DNA of 64,000 bases from Torpedo marmorata (lineage: Eukaryota): the NCBI GenBank assembly GCA_977017645.1, contig OZ360236.1, positions 24,490,001-24,554,000 of the forward strand, written 5' to 3'. This document shows, one piece after another, positions 12,524 through 24,610 of the stretch. Under the pieces are notes generated by a model, which saw only the letters and a program-made list of their open reading frames with translations, searched no databases and had not been told where the DNA came from. Each line of letters starts with the position of its first letter. Position 1 is the stretch's first letter. The position numbers and the translations under genes were made by a program.

Positions 12524-12783
12524 TCCACCATCAGACTCCTCAACAACAAACTCAAGCAGAAACTCATTTAAGGATTCTTACTTTGCATATTATTTATTAC
12601 TGAATATTTTTTCTGCATTTCTTTCTTTGTTTACATTTCTCTCTTTTGTATATGTACCTTTTTCTTGAGTACAGTTTGCACTACCAACAAGTAAAAATTC
12701 TGCCTGGCCCACAGTAAAAAGAATCTCAGGGCCGTATGTGATGCCATGTGTGTACTCTGACAATAAATCTGAACTTTGAACTC
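12524..12783 (+). mobile_element. Rex-Babar LINE 3' fragment
   Basis: Matches the 3' end of the element at 29057-30241 (ctccaccatcagactcctcaacaacaaactc...gacaataaatctga). Confidence 0.8.
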
Positions 12784-15223
12784 TCTCTCTATTTGAATTA
12801 ACAACATTCTTGTAAAGTCAATCTCTGCTCATGAACCATTTTGTGACCAGCCCTTTTTGAATTCTTACACAACAGGATTTTTCTTTTACAACTTTGATTC
12901 CAAAAACAGCAGGCTGAATACAAAACTGCACTTGCATGGCCTCAGCAAAATACTTCAACCACAACCTTTGATGAGCATCATACCAACCATCTGCATTTTT
13001 GCTAATTAGTACTAAATAAGGAGAGTTTATTCACCTATGCCAAGCAGAACCTGTGCTGATATTATCGAACAACGTATCTTCATGAAAGCTGGTAGAAACA
13101 GAAGCACAATCCTCACCAATTTATTTGGATTTGAACCCAAGCCAGTGGATGAAATCAATTTGTCTCTAGGAGAAATGTATTGCCAATTTTTACCTCTTTG
13201 ATGTAAGCTGCATCCTGTTTGTATGATTCATTGCACATGCACAATAATGAATGAAAGAGCCTGCTGGTACATACCAACATGTGCAGTTACTGCAAATGGC
13301 ATCTCTCCTACAAAAGTAGCTTGATACTGTGATAACTGCACAAGTAATCAAGAAGAAGCAGCAGGCATTTCACTTTTGTTTTCCATTCAATTCCAACCTC
13401 TCCATCTTTTGCCTTTTCTACTTTTCAACAATTTCCAGCCTTACTTTCACATTCCAACATGGCATCTTTTTTTTCTCTTTCTCTTCTGGCAGTTTCAGAA
13501 TTGATGTGCCTTCACCTCTTGGCACATCCCTGGATATTTTTTTGGTTTGTTAGTCACTGGTCAACATCACTGGCCATTCAATCTCTCCAAGTTTCCACAC
13601 TTTCACAGCACTCTGTTCTCCTCCCACATCCTCTCTCCACTGCATTTACCTTTTTAAAATCAGTGACTAGTCTGGCGACAAAATTTAGATCCCAATGCTT
13701 TGTTGAGAAATTAAGTACAGTTAATTAATTAAATCTGAAATAAGAAGTGTAAAGCGGTAAGAATTATTGTAAAAATCCATCTTGTGTACTTAAGGACTCA
13801 AAAATTTCATCCAGCCAGTGTAAGACTTTATACAATAGCAGGTCATGAACACTTAATTACCCTTTGGATTGGCTTAGCTGGTTATTTGAATGAATCCTCT
13901 GGAAAAGATTATGAATAAAACTGAATGGACAATTCATCCAGTATTAACAAGACTGACACATCCAGGCCAATTCTTATTTCAAAATACTGGATACTTGCTC
14001 CATCCCACAAATTAATTAATAAACACATGATCCTATATATCACTCTGCACAATATCTGTATCAATCCAGACGACAATATGGTTCAATATATTATGGAAGA
14101 ACCTGCCAGGAGCAGCACCAAGTATGAAGTGCCAAACCGGTGAAGATAGAACATCAATGTAATCCTGTGGTAAATAGGTAATTACCAAAATAGCACAAAC
14201 AGAATTAAGCAAACCAATAAGCAAAAGATCAAGTTAAAACTGTGAAATCTATGCTAATCTTTAAATGATCACAGATAACTAGCCAATCATGGAAGAGATT
14301 CTCAGAATCTCCATGAATACAAAGACAAGGTTGATGCATTTATTACAGTGGCAAGTGGATGACAATCTCAGCCTCTTCCTGAGGTAAACAAGAAGTCTAC
14401 AGATAGTGGGGAAGGCATCACTGGTAGTGTTCAGTCAATTCAAATCACTACATGATACCAAGGGACTGCTGAGTGTAATGTATACAGCAGTTGCAATGAG
14501 CCTCAGTATCCCGTCATTATAGTATTGATGACTTTGTACTCCACCATTTCCTGCCCAGGCCAACTGCAAACTGGCATTCATCATCAATAATGGGGAAAAA
14601 TTCCAGGTATGCCCATTGTTAACTAAGATGAATCCAATCTAGCCAATAACCAGTTCATTAGCCTGCTCTGATCACCAGTAAAGAGGTCTTCTCAACACTA
14701 TCAAGTGCCAATTATTCATCAATTAATAGCCAGTCAGCTCCACACCTCCTCACAGCCTTGCCGCAAACTGACAAAAGAGTTGAATACCAAAGGGGAGGCA
14801 AGAATGGCTGCCATTAATATCAAGGGTCACCGAGGAGTCTCGGTGAACATAGTGTAATTTATCCGGAGCTTGCTGAGAGTGGCCTTACAACCCCCTTGCT
14901 ACTGAGATACAGGAAACTTTAGATCTTACCTGAGACAGTCCACTGATATGAAGTTTCAAAAAGGCAAGTTCACATCTAAAATGGGAAGGACTCACACAAA
15001 CAATGAGCCTTGTTAGATACAGGACAATCGCATTGGCCGACAAGAATAAGCTCCACCCATAAAGCAGCTGAAAAACATCATTCACATCTGACTGCACTGC
15101 ATCACAAAGTTTGACTATTTCTTTCAACTACTTTGAATTTTACAAGTATTGAAATTCAAATTAGAGATTAAGCAAATTAAAAGACTCAAGGAAACATTAA
15201 AAGCAAACTATTTTTAAATGCAA

Positions 15224-15431
15224 GATTAAAACACGAAAGTCTTCAGACACCGTGATTGAAGTAAAAACACAATGCTGGAGAAACTCAACAGGTCAACAGT
15301 GTACTTTATATAGCAAAGATAAAGATAATGAGGCTCATACCTTGACGAAGGGCTCAAGCCCGAAACATTGGTTATGTATCTTTGCTATATATACTGTTTG
15401 ACCTGCTGAGTTTCTCCAGCATTGTGTTTTT
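15224..15431. mobile_element. Fold-back Penelope-end element
   Basis: Inverted arms as at 2454; approximate TSD TATTTTTAAATGCAA / TATTTTTTAATGCAA; hammerhead-like motif 'ccttgacgaagggctcaagcccgaaacatt'. Confidence 0.8.
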
Positions 15432-15744
15432 TATTTTTTAATGCAACCTACTTTATTCCCAATACTCCCCTCCCCATTTACTATCCATTACATTCATGGG
15501 CTGAAGATCCTGCTCTAGGTCCAATTTATCCAAGTTCTGTGGTATCATGGTACAAGTGGTGGCACAGTTTTCACAGCAGAGCCACTGTTTCACACTGCCA
15601 AAGGCCTGGGTTCAGTCCTGACTCTGGGTGCAGTCTGTGCAGAGTTAGCAAGCCCTCCCTGTGTCTGCAGAGGTTTCCCATGGGTGCCTCTGTTTCCTCC
15701 CATATCCCAAAGAGGTGCAGGTTGGTAGCCACGGTGTATAGGTG

Positions 15745-15925
15745 TATTGCTTTTGTTTGGATGCCTGCCGGCATTTTCTCATACTTTGATGAAGGGCTCA
15801 AGTCCGAAACATTGGTTATGTATTTCTACCTTTGCTTCATAAGGGACACTGTTTAACCTGCTGAGCTTCTCCAGCATTTGTGTTTTTACTTCAACCACGG
15901 TGTCTACAGATTTTCATGATTTACA
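15745..15925 (+). mobile_element. 5'-truncated Penelope-like 3' terminus inserted into an older V-SINE (~15555-16045)
   Basis: Reverse complement of 18090-18270; flanked by the direct repeat GTGTATAGGTG. Confidence 0.8.
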
Positions 15926-16130
15926 GTGTATAGGTGAGTGGGGGAATATGAGGGGAAATGATGAGAAAATCAGGATTCATGAGGGATGTGCAAATGGATG
16001 GCCAATGGTTGGCATGGGCTGAAGGGCCTGTTTCTGTGCTGCATCTTGATGACGCTGAGTGCTGGTAAATGCAAGAACTTCACACTCTACTCTTTGAACC
16101 TGTTGAATTGGACTCTGAATGTATTACACT

Positions 16131-16501
16131 AGGCCCTTTCACACCGCCGAGTACATGTGGGTTAACCGGGCAATTTACCCAGTAACTTACCCAGTAATCG
16201 TGCGGTGTGAAACGTCCCAAATAGGCAGGGCAGGTCAAATTCAACCGTGCTCGGAGACATGGGGGGGGGGGTACTCTTGGTGCCCGGCCGAGTTAACCCG
16301 CCAATTGCCTTCTGGCGGTGTGAAAGGACAAAAGTCTTACCAGGTAAGATTAGTGGAGGCGGGACCCCCCTTAAAATGCCAGGTTGCCGATTTACCAGGT
16401 AAGTAAGGCTGCAGTGTGAAAGGCCCCGGAGGTGCCGCCTTCCCGGGAACTTTACCCGGTTCCTAGGAGGGTTGGCAGGAATCGGCGGTGTGAAAGGGCC
16501 T
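16131..16501. mobile_element. MITE with terminal inverted repeats (probably PIF/Harbinger-type)
   Basis: TIR AGGCCCTTTCACACCGCCGA / TCGGCGGTGTGAAAGGGCCT; flanked by ACT...ACT (or TA if the TIR is 1 bp shorter); internal repeats of GTGTGAAA and TTACC. Confidence 0.75.
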
Positions 16502-16769
16502 ACTGATTCAAGATTCCTTTACTGTCATGTAATAGTACAGAACATGTAATATTACACAAAATTGCCTTCTGTCTGCAGTAAGGCAGGCAAAGAGTCACCA
16601 ATAGTGTTGCCTGGCGCTCCTTACAGTAAGAAAAAAAGAGAAGCAAATGAAAGCCCCACATGTAAACACAAACAATTCCATGCAAAAATGATGATGTTTC
16701 GGTAAAATTCAGGCCCAATAGAATTTAGGGAAAATCCTACATAGGCTGGATTATACCTAGCTCCAACGA

Positions 16770-17600
16770 TGATGACTATAGTTGTGGTGGCTAATCGTTC
16801 TGGGCCCTGTGCAGGAGTTCCATGCTCAACCATCTGCAGCAAAGGGCTGCAGTGGAGATATTAACTCATGATTATGTGTAGTTCCATTCATAAGTTTCTC
16901 ACATCATAAAGCAGCATGTGGCAAAATGTTGACACCATTCAGATTTGAGGTGATGGGCGGCAGGTATATTTGGAAGTAGGAGGTACTCACCATTTGCAAC
17001 AAAATAGAATCTAATTACTTTTTTTTGACATTCAATATTATCATCATCATATACTCCACCAAAATATGTAGGGCCTGGGTGGTCACTATTTTCCAGTATT
17101 TTTTAACTGGACCAGCTATCATAACTATTGTTACACAAGAGCACGTGTCAAGTGACCCACCTCCCAGGTTTTTTCTTATTGTTTACGTTGGCAGTGTGAT
17201 GGAATATGCCCTGTTCACCAGAATAACCACAGCTCCAACAACGCTCAGGAAAACGCAACACTATCCCAGAAAAGCAGCCCATTAATGTTATTTCCATCCA
17301 CATTAAGCATCAACTTCCTCTGCACAGATGCACTATACTATGTACGTACCATTTACTAGATGCACTGTATTAAATCTCCAAGGTCTCTTGAACTGACCCT
17401 CGAAAGCTACAACCCCTATCGCTGACGATGGAGGTACTCCTTCACATTACACATAATCTTATCGTGGAAAAATATCACCATTTCTTCATTTCCCTGGGCC
17501 AACACCCTATGAATAGGAACAGCAAGGAATCCCTTCACTTCAAAGAGTGCAGAGATTCAAGTTGACCTTCTCAAGAACAGCAAGAGGTGCACTATAAATA
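16770..17600 (+). mobile_element. Highly degenerate LINE (CR1/L2-group) remnant
   Basis: Decayed RT C-terminal motifs (gtgtgatggaatatgccctg..acagctccaacaac.ctcagg); related fragments at ~14600-14850 and ~57060-57430. Confidence 0.45.
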
Positions 17601-18085
17601 TTGGCATATTTATATATGCACAACTCATGAATGAAAAAGCAGCATCATTGCCAACAATCTGCAATTTATCCAGCCCTGATAAATTACAGAAAATGTGACG
17701 TTATGGTTTGTACTCCACTGTATATCAAAGCTCAAGGACTCAAACTAGTTGTTTTAAAATGTCATAGATGAAAGGGTGCTTCTCTCATAAAAAAATAGTA
17801 CAGTTAATTGTACATTAATACTCTACCCAGATCATTACTTCAAAAGACCAGTTCGCTTCCAAGGGACAAAACTACTTGTTCATTTTTTCGGATCTGCAAG
17901 GGAATGGCAGTGCCATCAATTATTACCCATCCTTAATTGCCTTTGAGAAGGTGGGAGTAAGCTACCTTGAATTGCAGCAACCCTTCTTCTGTCAGTGCTC
18001 CCATCATGCTGTTGGGAAGGAGTTCCAGTATTTGGTGATGGACTGGTGATACATTTCCAAATAAGAGAGTATGTTGTGAATGTAA

Positions 18086-19584
18086 GAAAAAAGTAAAACA
18101 CGTAAATCTGTAGACACCGTGGTTGAAGTAAAAAACACAAATGCTGGAGAAACTCAGCAGGTCAAACAGTGTCTTTTATGTAGCAAAGGTAGAAATACAT
18201 AACCGACGTTTCGGGCTTGAGCCCTTCATCAAAGTATGAGAAAATGCCGGCAGGCGTCCGAACAAAAGAGTGGGGGGGGGGTGAAGGGGGGTGGCAAAGG
18301 CAGGAGATGATAGGTGGAGAAAGGAGGGAGGGGACAGCAGCAAAGAGGGGGAAAAGGGATGGCTGGGTGGGTGGAAAAAAAACAGGAAGGACAAGTGAGG
18401 GGGGAGGGGAAGGAAAAGGCAAGCAGGTTTAGTGGAAAGCAGAAAAGTCAATGTTAATGCCATCTGGCTGGAGAGTGCCCAGACAGAAAATGAGATGTTG
18501 TTCCTCCAATTTGCAGGTAGTCTGGGTGGGATAGTACGTAAGGCCATGGACAGACATGTGAGTTTGGGAGTGTGACCCGGAATTGAAATGGCTGGCTACT
18601 GGGAGGTCGCTGTTGTTGCGGACAGAGAGGAGGTGCTCAGCAAAGCGATCTCCCAATCTACGACCGGTCTCTCCGATGTAGAGAAAGCCACAAAGGGAGC
18701 ACCGGATGCAGTAAATAAGTTCTCTGGATGTACAAGTGAAGTGTAGTTTCACTTGAAAGGCCTGTTTGGGGCCCCGGACTGTGGTGAGGGGGGAGGTGTG
18801 GGTGCAGGTGTTGCACCTCCTGCGGGCACAGGGGAAGGTGCCAGGGGTGCGATGGGTGGGGAGGGATGAGTGCACGAGGGAATCGCGGAGGGAGCGGTCC
18901 CTGCGGAAGGCCGAGAGGGGAGGAGAAGGAAAAATGTGTCTGGTGGTGGGATCCTGTAGTAAGTGCCGGAAATTCCGGCGGATGTGTTGGATGCGGAGGC
19001 TGGTGGGGTGGTAGGTGAGGATGAGGGGGATTCTATGTTTGTTGCATCTGGGAGCAGAGGGGGCCAGGGCAGATGAGCGGGAAATGGAGGAAATGCGGGT
19101 GAGGGCTGAGTTGATGGTGGTGGAGGGGAAGCCATGCTTGTGGAAGAAGGCAGACATTTCAGAAGATCTGGACTGGAAGACCTCATCTTGGGAACAGATG
19201 CAGCAAATACGGAGAAATTGAGAGAAGGAAATAGAATCCTTGAAGGGGACAGGGTGTGAGCAAGTGTAGTCCAGATAGTTGTGGGAGTTGGAGGGTTTGT
19301 AGTAAATGTCGGTGGAAAGCTTGTCTCCTGAGATGGAGACAGAGAGATCCAGGAAAGGGAGAGTGTTATCGGAGATGGACCAGGTGAGTTTGAGATCGTG
19401 ATGGAAGTTGGATGCGAAGTGGATGAAGTTGACAAGCTCATCGCGGGTGCATGAGGCAGCCCTGATGTAGCCGTTGATATAATGGAGGAAGAGATGAGGG
19501 GTCTTGCCTGTGTAGGCTTGCAGCATGGATTGCTCCACAAAGCCCACAAACAGGCAGGCGTAGCTGGGACCCATGCGGGTACCC
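18086..19584 (-). mobile_element. Penelope-like retroelement (PLE), 5'-truncated; RT C-terminal half plus GIY-YIG endonuclease
   Basis: ORF 18429-19586: MGTRMGPSYACLF, LPFLDL, IYCIRC..C..LYIGETGRRLGDRFAEH..VASHF; 15-bp TSD ATGTTGTGAATGTAA at 18071-18085 and 19585-19599; inserted in an older LINE remnant. Confidence 0.92.
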
Positions 19585-20789
19585 ATGTTGTGAATGTAAC
19601 CAGTTGGTAAATAATTTTCATGTTATCTTTTGTCATTGCCCTACTTGGTGGTAGTGGTGTCTGGTATGATAGGTGCTGTCTGAGTAGTGAATTTTGTTTA
19701 GGGTGCCAATAAAGTAGGTTGCTTTGTCCCTGTCGAAAACAATGATTGTGTAGAAATGCTCTTTTTGGATGCCAGTAGCAGGAAAATACTTTCAGCACAT
19801 TACACTTGTTCCCTGAGATGATTACAGTATTTTGTCATTTCTCAAAATCTCAGCATACTTAAATCACAATCTAAACTCCATTTTGGGATTGAAAAAGTGT
19901 TTATTAAAAGAAAACTAACTTACTGCTTAAGGTGACAATTGTTACTTTAACAATTTCTGGACCACAATTGCAAAAAAAAACATCTTTAGAACTAAAAAAA
20001 AAACTAACATTAAAAAAAAATTGTAAAATGCTCTAAACACTCAGCGGGTCTGGCAGCATCTTTGGAAAGAGAAACGGAGTTAACGTTTCAGGGAAACCCT
20101 TCATCAAACTTGCCTGACTTGCTGAACGTTTCCAGCATTTTCTGTTTGCATTTCAACTTTTAGGAAATATGCCACCGTTTTGTGAACAAAAAATGTGCAG
20201 GTCCACTCAAGATTTCACAAATGAAAGTAAATAAAAATGTTGCTCCTCTGCAATCATTTCAATTACATTTTACATTTCGCCTGAAAAAATATTTGTCATA
20301 TTACTACTCAACCTGCAGTCTGAAGCCGTTTATTTATTTGGATGCTGGTACCATCGTCAGCAGTTGCAGCAGGTCCGATTCACACGGACACCACGCACAG
20401 ACGTGAAACTGGTAACTCAGCCAGAGTCGGTACAGGGTACAAAGTAGGTTGTCACGGAGGGAAGATACGAGGTGCAACGTTCTCTGATTTTTTTTAAATT
20501 AAAGGTTTGCGATTTTTTATTTGTAATTTCAAAATCTAAGATCAATGCAATATTTGATGTACCTTGGAATTGCTTTGTATACACTCAAGCGAATATAGAG
20601 GTCAATTTACCATACAAGATTACAAATGTAAAATAAAAGTAGCAGTGCTCACACACCAAATTCTGCAAGTCAGAAAATTATACTATGTTTGGGAATGGAC
20701 ATGGTAGGACAACACGATACCCACATTCCCAAATGGAAATGCCTGCAGTTAAACAATGTGCTGGGGTAACTCATCAAGTGGAAGAAAAA

Positions 20790-20920
20790 GAATCGCGTTG
20801 CTGATGAAGGGTTCCGTCCCGTTATATCAACAGTTCTTTTTCTCCCATTGATGCTCCTCGACCCGCTGAGCTTCTCCAGATTGTTGCTCGAGATTCCAGC
20901 ATCTGCGATCCCTCGTGTGG
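20790..20920 (+). mobile_element. Older Penelope-end short element with CTGATGA core
   Basis: 'gctgatgaagggttccgtcccgttatatcaacag...ctgagcttctccag...gattccagcatctgc'; related copies at ~3740, 11770, 12150, 20030, 42885, 46960, 47850 and 63890. Confidence 0.55.
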
Positions 20921-22103
20921 CTTGTGTTAGCATCGGCTTGACAATGCAAGCTTTCCGCGTCATTACAGACAACTCTGCAGCAAATGCAGAGCATCAGCAC
21001 AGCATGTAAAGCTTTGCAGCCAGCAGGCTGGCATGCTTAAACTTCCGAATAGATGATCATGCACAAGCCTGTTCTGTCGGAGGTTGTTCCTCATCTTTTT
21101 TAAATAACTTCATTTTAAATAGCTCCATTCAGCGGTTCGAGCATTTGTCAGTCTGTCTCCCCGCTCCTTTCAATCGATCGATCATTCCCATTATTTATTA
21201 AACTTGAACATTTTCAAACAGCAAAAGATGACGGAATGCTACCAAAATAAATGTTTCAGTGCGACAATCCTCAATCATACGTGCAACAAAGATTGCGACA
21301 ATGCAAAGGGTTAAGCTCTAGGCAGAGTACAGATATGTTCCCGAACATGCTACACATCTTTTTGTACTGCATACGATTCAGTTTGCTGTGGGCCACAATA
21401 CAGCCGCACCACGGACTCGATCACTCAATAACCGTTTGCATTCAATGCTGAATAAAGAATAATATTGCACGGTGACTCAGAGACACAATGAAAGAGGGTA
21501 TCTTGACGCGATAGAAAGGGAAGAAATGATTTTGAAGTGGAAGTGTTAACAGAAATCACACCCACTCACTCACTGCACGTCAAAAAGGCTGGGAGTAAAA
21601 CTACATAAAACATAATTCTGAATGGGCAGAAGTTAAGAACGTGCAAACTGAGGATACAGTTAGGGAGAATGTTTGAAATTATAACTAGAAACTACGAAAA
21701 ACATAGCGAGCGTGAAGGGAAATAAACAAGCAACAGGTTAAATGAAAGCAGTCAATTAGTGAACCATAAAAGGACTGCGCAATCGCCAATTCATTTTATT
21801 TTTGCATGACAAAAATGGTGAAAATATTTTTTGTATTTTGAATTCAATTAATTGTACTAGTATAGTTTTTTTTATATACAAAGTACCTGTTTAGCTGTAG
21901 AAAGTAATTTGGTGCATATGTACAATGTATATGACAATAAACTCATTATGTGACAGAACTGGATAAAACCAGAGTATTTCATCCTGAGGCAGTGAAGAAA
22001 TGAGATTAATGCCAAGGATGTGTAAATTATGCATTTCAGATGGTGGAAGTGAGGAGGGGAGTGGTCAGTACACACAGACTCAACAGAACAAATAGGTGCA
22101 TTT

Positions 22104-23306
22104 CGTGCCCTCCATAATGTTTGAGACAGATACGTTTTTTTCCTTTGTTTACCGCTGTGCTCCAGTTTTCAATTTGTAATCAAACAATTCACATGTAATT
22201 AAAGTGCACATTCCAGATTTTATTCAAGGTTATTTATATATATTTTGGTTTGACCATATAGAAATTACAGCACTTTTTATACAGTCCCCTCATTTTAGGA
22301 CATGATAATGTTTGGGACATTTGGCTTCACAGGTCTTCCTCAGTTCCTTTACGCCTCCACACTTTGCTCTTACCACACTGATACAGGTTAATCTTGGTCT
22401 CCTCTGTCCACAATACCTTTTTCCAGAATTCTGCAGGCTCTTTTAAATACTTCTTAGCAAACTGTAATCTGGCCATTCTTTCTGTGGCTAACTAATGGTT
22501 TGCATCAGTGTTGTCTCTGTATTTCTTTTCATGAAGTCTTCTGCAGACAGTAGTCATTGACATAATGATCTGCCCCCTGAAGACTATTTCTGATCTGTCG
22601 GATATACGTTTAGGGATTTTTCTTCATTATGATAAAAAATTCTTCTGTCATCAGCAGTGGAGGTCTTCTTTGGAATACCAGATCCTTTGCGATTACTGAG
22701 CTCACCAGTACGCTCTTTCATCTTAATGATGTTCCAAACTGTTGATTTTGGTAATCCTAAGGTTTGGGCGATGTCTCTTACTGTTTTATTCTTGTTTTCA
22801 GACTCATAACGGCTTCTTTGACTTTCATTGGCACAACTCTGGTCCACGTGTAGAAAGATGGCAACTGCAGACTCCAAAGGTGATCAAAAGCTTAGAAGCA
22901 AGCCTCGCTCTCTTATACCTGCACCAATGAAGCAATTAAACATACCCGAGAACACACAAACACCTGTGAAGCCAAATCTCCCAAACATATGGGGCGGCAC
23001 GGTTGGCGTAGCGGTTAGTGCAACGCCTTTACAGCGCCAGCAATCGGGGTTTGAATCCCACGCTGTCTGTTACCGTGCTGTATGTCTAAATTTAAATTAT
23101 GGTGCCCTGCAATGAGGGGACTATGTATAAAAAGTGCTGTAATTTCTACACAGTCAAACCAAAATGTTTACAAATGCCCTTGAATAAAATCTGGAATGTG
23201 CACTTTAATTTCATGTCAATTGTTTGATTACAAATGTAAAACTGTGGAGCACAGGGGCAAATAAAGGAAAAAAGTGTCTTTGTTCCTAACATTATGGAGG
23301 GCACTG
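22104..23306 (-). mobile_element. Tc1-like DNA transposon, internally deleted, long IR/DR-type TIRs
   Basis: ~200-bp inverted ends (gtgccctccataatgtttg / caaacattatggagggcactg-like, +TA); ORF 22584-22877 encodes a paired-like HTH: TVRDIAQTLGLPKSTVWNIIK..RTGELSNRKGSG.PKKTSTADDRRI. Confidence 0.88.
22991..23097 (+). mobile_element. Internally deleted V-SINE nested in the Tc1 element
   Basis: tRNA head joined directly to the 'tgttaccgtgctgtatgtctaaa' tail. Confidence 0.75.
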
Positions 23307-23949
23307 TATATGCCAAAGAAAATAGAGCATTCAATGAAAGTTAGAGAGCTTACAAGAATCTGCTATTTGGAAGGCAACATATCAGGACAAATTTTAAAAA
23401 CACAACAGACAAAGGAAAATACAAAGAATTATGAAAAAACAGGTTTTATGGAGAGAGATGATACACAAATTTTATTTTTGCTCATGAGCAACGCTACACA
23501 AGTCATTTTTATATAAAAGATTTCCAGTAATGTTTCATGTATTGTGGGTACATAATAAAACTTTGAATGAAAATTGCAATAAAATGTAATCAAATGTGAA
23601 TAAAATAAATTCAAATTGGTGTACAATTAGAAACAAGTTTCTAACAAGCATTTAGAATTTTTAAACCAAAATTGCTCACTATGGTATACTGCTGAAAATG
23701 GATTGCTGGAATTCACTTTTTAAACCATATTAATGTGGCCCATTGTTAGGTACCATTTAGAGCTGATTTAGAAAAAGCATTTTGTTCACTGCACCCTAAT
23801 TCCTGACTCATCCAGTAAGTGATTACCTATGGATTTGCTGGTGAAGAACAATGGTGAAAAATATTAAACAATGTGAATTTTTAATTTATTATGGCAAAGT
23901 CAGTTTTTTGGTCATGAGAAAATACCAACACTGACCTAAACTGTGAAGT

Positions 23950-24610
23950 TATAGACAATAGGAGCTGGAGTAGGCCCTTCGGCCCGTCAAGCCAGCACCG
24001 CCATTTTACAAATCATGGCTGATCACTACTATAGTACCCCTTTCCAGCGTTATCCCCATAACCCTTAACTCCCCTGCCCACTAGAGTCTTATCTCTCTTT
24101 TGAACATAATCAGCAAATCTGCCTCTACCACCCTCTGTGGCAGAGCATTCCACAGATTCACACTTCGCTGGGTAAAAATTTTTTTCCTCATCTCCGTCCT
24201 AAAGGGCCTTCCCTGTATTCTTAAACTATGCCCTCTAGTCCTCGTCTCTCCCATCATTGGGAACAAGTAATCCAACTTCACCCTGTCTATCCCCTTGATA
24301 ATCTTGTATACCTCAATCATGTCCCCCTCATCCTTCTAAACGCCATCGGATATAAGTCCAGTTTTTCTAACCTTTCAGCATATGTCAATCCTGCCATCCC
24401 TGGAACTAACCTTGTAAATCTGCACTGCACACCCTCTATAGCTAGTATGTCCTTCCTCAAATTTGGGGACCAGAACTGGACGCAATACTGCAGCTGAGGT
24501 CTCACCAGGGCCCTGTACGACTGCAGAAGGGCATCTCTGCTCCTATACTCCAATCCCCTCTTTATGAAAGCCAACATGCCATTTGCCTTCTTCACAGCTT
24601 TCTGAACCTG
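23950..24610 (-). mobile_element. CR1 LINE 3' fragment
   Basis: ORFs 24317-24595 and 24081-24320: KANGMLAFIKRG..YRALVRPQLQYCVQFWSP..TRGH..FRTEMRK..LWNALP. Confidence 0.9.

Noticed and set aside
18749-19798. 349-aa Pro/Ser-rich ORF (and 54359-55144)
   Set aside because: Alternative-frame shadow of the C-rich PLE coding strand
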